DNA of 64,000 bases from Candidatus Omnitrophota bacterium (GTDB lineage Bacteria; Omnitrophota; Gorgyraeia; B26-G9): positions 6,295 through 70,294 of the forward strand of contig JACQZH010000021.1 in the NCBI GenBank assembly GCA_016213925.1, written 5' to 3'. Made by a program: the position numbers and the translations under genes. The notes beneath the pieces are model-generated. The model was not told the DNA's origin and made no database searches. It saw only the letters and a list, made by a program, of their open reading frames with translations. Positions within the stretch are counted from its first letter, which is position 1, and every line of letters starts with the position of its first letter. Below are positions 9,887 through 18,405 of this stretch, in pieces.

Positions 9887-9936
9887 AAAGTATAACCTGT
9901 TTCAGGAGAATATAAACATAGCAATAGGAGGGTAAA

Positions 9937-10131
9937 ATGGCGCATCCAAAAAGGAAACATTCAAAAACAAGGACAGATAAAAGGCGTACGCATAAGAAGC
10001 TAAAGACTCCGAATTTGGCTTTATGCCCGGAGTGTAAGCAGCCTAAAGTTCCTCATCGGATTTGTCCGCATTGCGGTACTTATAAGGGGAAAAAATATAT
10101 TATCAAAAAAGAGAAAAAACCCAAAAAATAA
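9937..10131 (+). CDS. rpmF: 50S ribosomal protein bL32 (Zn-binding form)
   Basis: MAHPKRKHSK...CPEC...HRICPHCG. Confidence 0.97.
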   Translation: MAHPKRKHSKTRTDKRRTHKKLKTPNLALCPECKQPKVPHRICPHCGTYKGKKYIIKKEKKPKK

Positions 10132-10168
10132 TAAGATTAAATAATAAATATATTTGCAAAGGAATAAT

Positions 10169-11041
10169 ATGAGGATAGCGGTAGATGCAATGGGCGGGGA
10201 TAAAGCTCCGGAAGTTACGGTCAAGGGTGCTTTATTAGCTGCTGCGGAAATTAATGGTGAAATCATTCTCATAGGGCAGAAAGATGCTATTGAACGGGAA
10301 ATGGCATCGCAGAAAAATATACCCTCTAATATTTCCGTTATACATGCGGATGAAATTATAGCCATGGATGAAGCTCCGGCAGTAAGCGTCAGGCGTAAAA
10401 AGGATTCTTCGATTAATGTTGCCGTGAAGATGGTTAAGGATAAGAAAGCGGATGCTGTTGTTTCTGCCGGAAATACCGGAGCGGTTGTTTGTGCTGCCAG
10501 CCTTTTCCTGAAAATTTTACCGGGGATTGAACGGCCGGGAATAAGCGTTTTTTTGCCGACATTAAAAGGCATCACGAATATTGGTGAGGAAGAAACTAAA
10601 GGGCCTGAATTCGTAAAAGAGACTTTTAAATTATTGGAACAGCAAAAAGGCATAAATTTTATCGGCAATGTTGAGGGCAGGGATATTTATGTGGGTGATT
10701 GTGATGTTATTGTTTGCGATGGTTTCCTTGGAAATGTGGTTTTGAAAGTTTCTGAAGGCCTTGCCGAAGCATTTAAGGAAATGCTTCGGCGTAAGCTTTC
10801 AACTAATATTATAACTAAAATTGGCGCATTCCTAAGTGCTCCTGCTTTTCGGGCTTTAAAAAAAGAAATTGATTATTCGGAATACGGAGGAGCTCCTCTT
10901 TTGGGGATTGATGGTATTTGTATAATAGCTCACGGAGGTTCTTCGCCAAATGCGATAAAGAATGCTATCAGAGTAGCCCAAGAGTCAGTGGTGCAAGATG
11001 TTAATAAGCATATCATTGAGGTTATAAACTTCGGTAAATAG
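10169..11041 (+). CDS. plsX: Phosphate acyltransferase PlsX with an apparent internal deletion
   Basis: IAVDAMGGD, SAGNTGA, NIGEEETKG and DGFLGN motifs; the D-x-G-A-N segment is absent. Confidence 0.92.
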   Translation: MRIAVDAMGGDKAPEVTVKGALLAAAEINGEIILIGQKDAIEREMASQKNIPSNISVIHADEIIAMDEAPAVSVRRKKDSSINVAVKMVKDKKADAVVSAGNTGAVVCAASLFLKILPGIERPGISVFLPTLKGITNIGEEETKGPEFVKETFKLLEQQKGINFIGNVEGRDIYVGDCDVIVCDGFLGNVVLKVSEGLAEAFKEMLRRKLSTNIITKIGAFLSAPAFRALKKEIDYSEYGGAPLLGIDGICIIAHGGSSPNAIKNAIRVAQESVVQDVNKHIIEVINFGK

Positions 11042-11079
11042 CCTGCGGATCGGATATTCTAAAAAAGGAAAAGCTATAA

Positions 11080-12021
11080 ATGGAAGTAATAAAAACAGCA
11101 TATATTTTTCCAGGCCAGGGTGCACAGTATGCAGGCATGGGCAGGAATTTGTATGATAATTTTGAAAAAGCACGAAATATCTTTAAAAAAGCTGATGAAG
11201 TTCTGGGGTTTGCGCTTAGCGGGGTCTGTTTTAACGGCCCGGCGGATAAGCTAATGCAAAGCGCGGTTTGCCAGCCGGCTATTCTGACATTAAGTATTTC
11301 TGCATTAGAAGTTGTAAAACAGGAATTAAGTGATTCTGTGTTTAAACTTTTTGCCTGTGCCGGGCTAAGCCTGGGAGAGTATTCAGCGCTTGTCGCTTGC
11401 GGAAGTTTATCTTTTGAGGATGCTTTAATGTTAGTGCATAAACGGGGACAGTTTATGGATGAAGCGTCTTCTAAAAATCCCGGTACAATGGCTTGTATCT
11501 TAGGGCTTGATTTTGACAAAACTCAACAGGTTTGCCGGGAAAGCAGAACTGAAATAGCTAATTTGAATTCCCCGGGGCAAATTGTTATATCCGGAACGTT
11601 TTCAGCTATTGAAAAAGCTGAGCAATTAGCACATTCTGCAGGCGCAAAACGAGTTATTAAATTAGATGTGAGCGGGCCTTTTCATTCTTCATTGATGTCT
11701 TCAGCAGCCGAAAAATTGAAAATTGAAATTGGAAAAGTGAAAATAAGCAAGCCGAAAACATTGTTTATTCCTAATGTAACTGCTGAAATTACAAACGATA
11801 CAGATAAAATCAGGGATTTATTAATTAAGCAGGTAGCAAATACTACGCTTTGGCATAAAACAATTGTTAATTTACAAAAAAATGATATTAAAACCTATTT
11901 TGAAATTGGCCCGGGAAAAGTACTGCGTGGATTGTTAGGAAAAATAGACAAGGAGTTAAAAGTAAATAATCTTGAGGTTAGTGCTGATTTTGAACAGTTA
12001 AAAGCACAGATGGGGGCTTGA
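11080..12021 (+). CDS. fabD: Malonyl-CoA:ACP transacylase
   Basis: FPGQGAQ, GLSLGEY and GPFHS motifs. Confidence 0.96.
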   Translation: MEVIKTAYIFPGQGAQYAGMGRNLYDNFEKARNIFKKADEVLGFALSGVCFNGPADKLMQSAVCQPAILTLSISALEVVKQELSDSVFKLFACAGLSLGEYSALVACGSLSFEDALMLVHKRGQFMDEASSKNPGTMACILGLDFDKTQQVCRESRTEIANLNSPGQIVISGTFSAIEKAEQLAHSAGAKRVIKLDVSGPFHSSLMSSAAEKLKIEIGKVKISKPKTLFIPNVTAEITNDTDKIRDLLIKQVANTTLWHKTIVNLQKNDIKTYFEIGPGKVLRGLLGKIDKELKVNNLEVSADFEQLKAQMGA

Positions 12022-12022
12022 A

Positions 12023-12763
12023 ATGAGATTAAAAGAAAAGGTGGCATTAGTTACTGGAGGAGCAAGAGGTATTGGCAAAGAGATAGCAATGCTATTAGCG
12101 AAAGAGGGCGCTGATTGCGTTATTTGTGATGTTAATGAGGTTGAGCTTAACAGCACAGCGCAGGAAATTGAAAAATTAGGCGTAAAATGCATGCCTGTTG
12201 TTTTGAATGTTACGGATCTGTTGCAATGCGAGCAAACCGTGAACAAAATTATTGACAAATTAAAAAAAATAGATATACTAGTCAATAATGCGGGCATTAC
12301 AAAAGACGGATTGCTGCTAAAAATGAGTGAAGCCGACTGGGATTCGGTAATCAACGTTAATTTGAAAGGGACCTTTAATTGCACAAAAGCAGTTTCAAAG
12401 GCCATGATAAAACAAAGATCAGGCAGGATTGTTAATATTGCTTCAATCATAGGCCTTATGGGTAATGCCGGTCAGGTTAATTATGCTGCTTCAAAAGCAG
12501 GAATCATAGGCCTGACAAAAAGTGTGGCAAAAGAAATAGCAAAGCGGAATATAACGGTAAACGCAATAGCGCCGGGGTTCATTGAATCAAAAATGACGGA
12601 AATTTTGCCGGAAGATGTTAAAACAGCGATGCTTAATCAGATTCCTTTGGCAAGGTTTGGCAAAGCTGAGGATGTGGCACAATTAGTGCTTTTTTTAGTC
12701 AGTGATGACGCAAGCTACATAACGGGGCAGGTCATCAGTATAAACGGCGGAATGTTGATGTAG
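12023..12763 (+). CDS. fabG: 3-oxoacyl-ACP reductase
   Basis: TGGARGIG, NNAGIT and YAASK motifs. Confidence 0.96.
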   Translation: MRLKEKVALVTGGARGIGKEIAMLLAKEGADCVICDVNEVELNSTAQEIEKLGVKCMPVVLNVTDLLQCEQTVNKIIDKLKKIDILVNNAGITKDGLLLKMSEADWDSVINVNLKGTFNCTKAVSKAMIKQRSGRIVNIASIIGLMGNAGQVNYAASKAGIIGLTKSVAKEIAKRNITVNAIAPGFIESKMTEILPEDVKTAMLNQIPLARFGKAEDVAQLVLFLVSDDASYITGQVISINGGMLM

Positions 12764-12787
12764 CGGTTGAAAGGAGGAAGTAGAAAA

Positions 12788-13030
12788 ATGTCAGTTGTAG
12801 ACAAAGTCAAGGCAATTATCGTAGATCAATTAGGGGTAAAAGCAGAGGAAGTAACTTCAACGGCATCTTTTGTAGATGATCTTGGAGCAGATTCTCTGGA
12901 TACGGTAGAGTTAGTAATGGCTCTTGAGGAAGAGTTTGGTATTGAGATTCCTGATGAAGATGCTGAGAAAATGACTACTGTGGGCGAAGCAATAAAATAT
13001 ATTGACGAAAAAACAAGCTCAAAGGAATAA
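12788..13030 (+). CDS. acpP: Acyl carrier protein
   Basis: [14 protein letters not shown]; ATG follows AGGAGG. Confidence 0.97.
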   Translation: MSVVDKVKAIIVDQLGVKAEEVTSTASFVDDLGADSLDTVELVMALEEEFGIEIPDEDAEKMTTVGEAIKYIDEKTSSKE

Positions 13031-13069
13031 ATCTCACAAACTTAAAATTGAGAGCTAGCACGAATTATA

Positions 13070-14308
13070 ATGAACGATAGACAAGTTGTTATTACGGGCA
13101 TTGGCATTGTCAGCCCTGTCGGAAATTCAAAGCAGGAATTTTGGCATTCTATATGTGAAGGGAAAAGCGGGGCTGGTTATGTAAGTTATTTTGATGCCAG
13201 TGAATTTACTTCCAAAATTGATGCGGAAGTAAAAAACTTCGATCCTTCCTGTTATATTAATCCCAAAGAGCTTAAAAGAATGGACAGGTTTGTCCAATTT
13301 GCTGTTTTCGCGAGCAAATCAGCTTGTGAGGATTCCGGCTTGGACATGGACAAAGAAGATAGGACCCGTATTGGAGTAATTATTGGTACCGGAATCGGCG
13401 GTTTGCATGTAATCGAAGAGCAACAGAAAAGCTATCTTGAACGCGGGCCGAAAAAGATATCTCCTTTTTTAATCCCAATGCTTATTGTAAATATGGCTCC
13501 AGGCCAGGTATCAATAAGCCTTGGCATAAAAGGCCCGAATTCCTGTGTTACAACCGCGTGTGCTACCGGAGGCCATTGCATTGGCGATGCGTTTAAAATT
13601 ATACAGCGCGGAGATGCTGAAGTAATGTTTGCCGGCGGGACAGAAAGCTGTATTACTCCGCTTGGATTCGGCGGATTTTGTTCTTTAAAAGCCCTTACTA
13701 CGCGCAATGATGATCCTGTGCGCGCATCGCGGCCATTTGACAAGGAACGAGACGGTTTTCTTATGGCAGAAGGTTCTGGTATAGTAGTGCTGGAAGAATA
13801 TGAGCATGCTAAGGCAAGAGGAGCGAATATTTACGCGCAGATATCCGGATATGGAATGAGCGGAGATGCTTATCATATGACAGCGCCCGATCCTGACGGA
13901 GACGGCGGAGCTCGTTGTATGAATTCAGCGCTTAAAGACGCGAAATTAAATCCTGAAGATGTGGATTATATCAATGCGCACGGTACTTCGACGCCGCTCA
14001 ATGACAAGGTTGAAACCCTGGCAATAAAAAGAGTGTTTGGAAATTACGCTAAAAAAGTCGCGATTAGTTCCACTAAATCTGTTACGGGGCATTTACTGGG
14101 AGCTGCCGGCGGGGTTGAATGCGCAGCAGCAGCATTGGCAATAAAGGAAGGAATTATTCCTCCGACAATCAACTATGAATATCCGGATCCTGATTGCGAT
14201 CTTGATTATGTACCGAATAAAGCCAGAAAACAACAGGTTGAAGCCGCAATATCAAATTCTCTAGGCTTTGGCGGGCATAATGTAACTCTTGTGTTGAAAA
14301 AGATTTAA
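13070..14308 (+). CDS. fabF: 3-oxoacyl-ACP synthase II
   Basis: [19 protein letters not shown] and GFGGHN motifs. Confidence 0.97.
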   Translation: MNDRQVVITGIGIVSPVGNSKQEFWHSICEGKSGAGYVSYFDASEFTSKIDAEVKNFDPSCYINPKELKRMDRFVQFAVFASKSACEDSGLDMDKEDRTRIGVIIGTGIGGLHVIEEQQKSYLERGPKKISPFLIPMLIVNMAPGQVSISLGIKGPNSCVTTACATGGHCIGDAFKIIQRGDAEVMFAGGTESCITPLGFGGFCSLKALTTRNDDPVRASRPFDKERDGFLMAEGSGIVVLEEYEHAKARGANIYAQISGYGMSGDAYHMTAPDPDGDGGARCMNSALKDAKLNPEDVDYINAHGTSTPLNDKVETLAIKRVFGNYAKKVAISSTKSVTGHLLGAAGGVECAAAALAIKEGIIPPTINYEYPDPDCDLDYVPNKARKQQVEAAISNSLGFGGHNVTLVLKKI

Positions 14309-14335
14309 CAATTTTTGATAAATAATAGTTATCCT

Positions 14336-14368
14336 AAGGGCAACTAATAAAAGTTGCCCTTAATTTTA
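14336..14368 (+). terminator. Hairpin after fabF, probable intrinsic terminator
   Basis: aagggcaact-loop-agttgccctt followed by a T-rich tract. Confidence 0.7.
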
Positions 14369-14381
14369 TGTTTTTAACACA

Positions 14382-14410
14382 TTGACACTGATGTTTATTT
14401 TAGGTATAAT
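14382..14410 (+). promoter_or_regulatory. Sigma70-type promoter of the acyl-CoA dehydrogenase/etf operon
   Basis: Exact consensus TTGACA-N17-TATAAT. Confidence 0.85.
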
Positions 14411-14495
14411 AACTTCGTTTTTCATTTTTACGAAACCGATAAGAGTATCTATTCATCTGTTACAAAAATTTGACTAATGAAAGGAGTATGGCAAT

Positions 14496-15665
14496 ATGGA
14501 TTATTTGCTTACAGAAGAGCAGATAATGGTAAGAGACCTTGCACATAAAATTGCTCAGGAAAAACTAAAACCTATTGTGGCAGAACTTGACGAAAAAGAG
14601 GAATTTCCTTCAGCAATTATGAAGCTCTTAGCAGAGGCTGATCTTTTTGGAGTATATATAGAGGAAAAGTACGGCGGAATGGGAGCCGGTGTTATGGAAT
14701 TATGCCTAGTTACGGAAGAGCTTTCCAGAGTTTGCGGCGGTGTTGCTGTAAGCTATGCAGCTTCGGCATTGGGAACTGACCCGATAATTCTCTTCGGTAA
14801 TGACGAGCAAAAGAAAAAATATCTGCCTGTTTTGGCCAGCGGGAAAAAGATAGCTGCTTTCGGAGTGACTGAACCTAATGCAGGTTCTGATGCCGGAGCG
14901 ATTGAAACTACGGCAAAAAAAGACGGGGATTTTTATATACTCAATGGGATGAAGCATTTTATCACTAACGGCGGTGATGCGGAAATTTATGTGATTATTG
15001 CCATGACTGATAAGACTAAAGGGCAGCGAGGTTCTTCCGCTTTTGTGGTTGAAAAAGGGACTCCGGGTTTTACGTTTGGGAAAAAGGAGAAAAAACTAGG
15101 TATCCGCTGTTCTTCAACCCGCGAATTGATTTTTCAGGATTGTAAAATTCCAAAGGCAAATCTTCTCGGAAAAGAGGGAATGGGCTTTATAGTAACAATG
15201 AAGACTTTTGACTTGTCCCGTCCGGGAGTTGCGGCACAGGCAGTAGGAATAGCACAGGGGGCGTTAGATTTGGCAGTAGATTATTCAAGGCAGCGGGTGC
15301 AATTCGGCAAGCCGATATCCAGTTTTCAGGGGATTCAGTTCATGCTTGCGGATATGGCAACACAAGTTGAAGCGGCAAGGGCACTGGTTTACGGCGTAGC
15401 CAGAATGATTGATAGCGGAAATCCCAAGGTGGCTAAGGAATCAGCAATGGCAAAATTATTCGCTTCTGATGTGGCGATGAGAGTTGCTACGGACGCGGTG
15501 CAGATATACGGCGGTTATGGATATATGCGTGAATATCCGGTTGAAAAATTTATGAGGGATGCTAAAATTACACAGATATATGAGGGGACAAACCAGATTC
15601 AGCGCGGGATCATTGCCGCGAATCTGATAAAAGAATCTTTGGCAGCTTCTAAAAAGGCGGCATAA
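14496..15665 (+). CDS. Acyl-CoA dehydrogenase (butyryl-CoA dehydrogenase-like)
   Basis: TEPNAGSD, QIYGGYGY and IYEGTNQIQ motifs. Confidence 0.93.
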   Translation: MDYLLTEEQIMVRDLAHKIAQEKLKPIVAELDEKEEFPSAIMKLLAEADLFGVYIEEKYGGMGAGVMELCLVTEELSRVCGGVAVSYAASALGTDPIILFGNDEQKKKYLPVLASGKKIAAFGVTEPNAGSDAGAIETTAKKDGDFYILNGMKHFITNGGDAEIYVIIAMTDKTKGQRGSSAFVVEKGTPGFTFGKKEKKLGIRCSSTRELIFQDCKIPKANLLGKEGMGFIVTMKTFDLSRPGVAAQAVGIAQGALDLAVDYSRQRVQFGKPISSFQGIQFMLADMATQVEAARALVYGVARMIDSGNPKVAKESAMAKLFASDVAMRVATDAVQIYGGYGYMREYPVEKFMRDAKITQIYEGTNQIQRGIIAANLIKESLAASKKAA

Positions 15666-15672
15666 GAAAAAT

Positions 15673-16461
15673 ATGAATATTGTAGTTTGCATAAAGCAGG
15701 TTCCGGATACTACGGATGTGCGGATTAATCCCCAAACAAATACTTTAATCAGAGACGGGGTACAGTCGATTATTATCCCTTTTGATATGTATGCGATTGA
15801 AGAAGCCCTGCGCCTTAAAGAAAAGTTTGACGGCAAGGTTACGGTAATAACTATGGGGCCGCCGCAGGCAGAAGCAGCTTTACGTGAAGCAATATCTTTG
15901 GGAGCTGATGAGGCGATTCTTTTGTCTGATAGAGCTTTTGCCGGCAGTGATACTTTAGCAACAAGCTACGCTTTAGCAGAAGGGATTAAGAAAATAGGAA
16001 GTTTTGCCGTTATCCTTTGCGGCAAGCAGGCAATTGACGGAGATACGGCTCAAGTAGGCCCGGGAATTTCCGTTTGGCTTAATATTCCGCAGGTTACTTT
16101 TGTGAAGAAAATAGAGGAGTTAAAAGAGGAAAAAGGTAAAAAGGTTTTTCGCGTGAGAAGAATGACGGAAGAGGGCTATGAAGTTATTGAAGTGCCTTTG
16201 CCTTGCCTGTTAAGCGTTGTGAAAGAGATTAACGAACCGCGGATGCCTTCATTAAAAGGTATGATGCGTTCCAAAAAAGCGGAAATAATTAAATGGACAG
16301 CGGAAGATATAAATGCTGATATTAACAAAATCGGCCTTGACGGCTCTCCTACTCAGGTAGTGAAAATATTCACTCCTCCGGCGCGTGAGGGCGGGCAGAT
16401 GTTAATAGGCGAGTGCGGTGAAGTTGCGGAAAAATTGGTAAATTTATTAAGGATAAGATAA
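15673..16461 (+). CDS. etfB: Electron transfer flavoprotein beta subunit
   Basis: CIKQVPD, GSDTLATS and GKQAIDGDTAQVG motifs. Confidence 0.95.
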   Translation: MNIVVCIKQVPDTTDVRINPQTNTLIRDGVQSIIIPFDMYAIEEALRLKEKFDGKVTVITMGPPQAEAALREAISLGADEAILLSDRAFAGSDTLATSYALAEGIKKIGSFAVILCGKQAIDGDTAQVGPGISVWLNIPQVTFVKKIEELKEEKGKKVFRVRRMTEEGYEVIEVPLPCLLSVVKEINEPRMPSLKGMMRSKKAEIIKWTAEDINADINKIGLDGSPTQVVKIFTPPAREGGQMLIGECGEVAEKLVNLLRIR

Positions 16462-16468
16462 AGTAGTT

Positions 16469-17653
16469 ATGGCGATTGAAGTCATTGTGGAAAAATGTGT
16501 CGGCTGTAAAATGTGCGTACGCGCATGCCCTTTTGTGGCTATTGATATGGTCAATAACGTTGCGGTGATCAATGATAATTGTACTCTCTGCGGTGCTTGT
16601 GTGGAAAGCTGTAAATTTGACGCGATTCTTTTACGTAAACATGAAGAAATTGATACGCGTATTGATGAATATGAAAATATATGGGTTTTTGCCGAACAGA
16701 AAAAAGGGATAATTCAGTCGGTAGTGTATGAGTTATTAGGCGAAGGGAAAAAGCTCGCGCAAAAGAGGAATCAAAAACTTGCCGCTGTACTGCTTGGTGA
16801 GAATATTAAAGCAAAGGCAAAAGAATTGATTGAGCGCGGAGCGGATATTGTTTACCTTGTGGATGATCATAAACTAAAAAATTATCAGGATGAAACATAC
16901 GCGGAGGTTTTAACCAAGCTGGTTTTGAAATATAAGCCGGAAATAGTATTAACTGGAGCAACAACTATCGGGCGATCGCTTATCCCCCGTGTGGCGGTGC
17001 AGTTAAAAACAGGCCTTACCGCTGATTGCACCGGGCTTGATATTGATGAGGAAAAAGGCCTGCTGATGCAGACACGTCCTGCTTTTGGCGGCAATATTAT
17101 GGCAACAATAATTTGCCCGAACCGCAGGCCGCAGATGGCTACTGTGCGCCATAAGGTTATGAAGGAAGCGGAAAAAGATTCCAAGCATAAGGGGGAAGTT
17201 ATAGAAGTTAATCCGGCTGATTTTTCCTTGAAAGCCAAAGCTAAACTTCTTGAGGTTATTTCCGAGTTGGAAGAAACGGTAAATTTAACGGAAGCTGATA
17301 TTATTGTTTCCGGAGGGCGCGGTATAGGCTCTGCGGAAAATTTCAAATTATTAGAAGAATTCGCGAAAACTATCGGAGCTGCTGTCGGCGCTTCAAGAGC
17401 GGCAGTTGACAGCGGATATATGCCGTATTCTCATCAAGTTGGGCAGACCGGTAAAACAGTATGCCCGAAAATATATTTTGCCTGCGGAATTTCAGGGCAA
17501 ATCCAGCATCTGGTCGGCATGCAGTCTTCGGATATTATTGTCGCGATAAACAAAGACCCTGACGCACCGATATTTAAGGTTGCTACCTACGGAATTGTCG
17601 CGGATGTATTTGAAATCATTCCCGAACTAACAAAAAAATTCAAAAAGAAATAA
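16469..17653 (+). CDS. etfA: Electron transfer flavoprotein alpha subunit with N-terminal 2[4Fe-4S] ferredoxin domain
   Basis: CVGCKMCVRACP and CTLCGACVESC, then GLTADCT, QVGQTG and GISGQIQH. Confidence 0.95.
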   Translation: MAIEVIVEKCVGCKMCVRACPFVAIDMVNNVAVINDNCTLCGACVESCKFDAILLRKHEEIDTRIDEYENIWVFAEQKKGIIQSVVYELLGEGKKLAQKRNQKLAAVLLGENIKAKAKELIERGADIVYLVDDHKLKNYQDETYAEVLTKLVLKYKPEIVLTGATTIGRSLIPRVAVQLKTGLTADCTGLDIDEEKGLLMQTRPAFGGNIMATIICPNRRPQMATVRHKVMKEAEKDSKHKGEVIEVNPADFSLKAKAKLLEVISELEETVNLTEADIIVSGGRGIGSAENFKLLEEFAKTIGAAVGASRAAVDSGYMPYSHQVGQTGKTVCPKIYFACGISGQIQHLVGMQSSDIIVAINKDPDAPIFKVATYGIVADVFEIIPELTKKFKKK

Positions 17654-17746
17654 GAGTTGTTGTTCTTATCCATCCGGGAAGTTTTTCTTTAGCTTAAGTT
17701 AATAACCAATGAAAGTTATTGTATTTTTAATTTTGAGTGTTTATAA

Positions 17747-17996
17747 ACCCAGATTTTGCAACACGAAAAATCTGCCCGTAGGGGCGATAGTCTACCTGTC
17801 TGCCAACAGGCAGGAATCCGTGTAGGATTTAGACTTGCCAGCGGCCTTGCCGCTAGGCAGGCTATCGAGGTATCCCGAATTTCGCCTGTCTGCTGCCAGG
17901 CAGGCTTGCACCTTTTAATGTTGCGTTGCATTAGAGTAACTCGTTATAATGAATTAGGATAGAAATAAAACAGGTACTTATGTGCAAAATTTGGGA
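17747..17996. mobile_element. MITE-like element, family A, copy 1 (250 bp)
   Basis: TIR acccagattttgca/tgcaaaatttggga with TAA on both sides; body homologous to 26790-26955. Confidence 0.75.
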
Positions 17997-18002
17997 TAAT
18001 TC

Positions 18003-18031
18003 TTGTTTTCTATCGCAATTTTTGGGATAAT
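18003..18031 (+). promoter_or_regulatory. Putative sigma70 promoter overlapping a family-A element end
   Basis: TTGTTT-N17-GATAAT; near-identical copy at 28277-28305. Confidence 0.5.
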
Positions 18032-18068
18032 GATAAAAAATATCAAATATCGAAAAAGAAGGGAAAAT

Positions 18069-18290
18069 ATGAGCCATAAATTTTTTACAGTTATTTTAAT
18101 ATTTATTATGTTATTTTCAGATATGTTGACTAAAAAAGCTTACGCTTATTTAGATCCGGGTACCGGAAGTTATGTTTTTCAGGTAATTATAGCGTTTTTT
18201 GTGGGGGCTTTGTACATTATTAAACTGTTCTGGGCTAGGATCGCGTGTTTTATTAAAAGCTTATTCTTGAAAAAGAAAAAAAAGGAATAA
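18069..18290 (+). CDS. Small membrane protein with YLDPGTGS motif
   Basis: Signal-like N-terminus ending AYA, then YLDPGTGS, a TM helix and a basic tail. Confidence 0.75.
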   Translation: MSHKFFTVILIFIMLFSDMLTKKAYAYLDPGTGSYVFQVIIAFFVGALYIIKLFWARIACFIKSLFLKKKKKE

Positions 18291-18405
18291 ATCGGAAATT
18301 TATATAAATGTTCCAGGTTCTTTTCGCGACCCCAGCGGATTTGCTTTTAATAATTCCGTAAAAACAGAAGATTTCCTTTTAATTCCCCGAGAGAAATTAT
18401 GCTAA
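18283..18405 (+). pseudogene. Remnant of the N-terminus of a SAM-dependent methyltransferase-like gene (SFRDPSG)
   Basis: Frame reads NKSEIYINVPGSFRDPSGFAF..., lacks a start codon and stops after ~40 codons. Assignment is recalled from similar loci. Confidence 0.5.

Noticed and set aside
17716-17962. Short ORFs on both strands (68-71 aa)
   Set aside because: They lie within MITE family A and its nested palindromes, with no RBS or protein motif.
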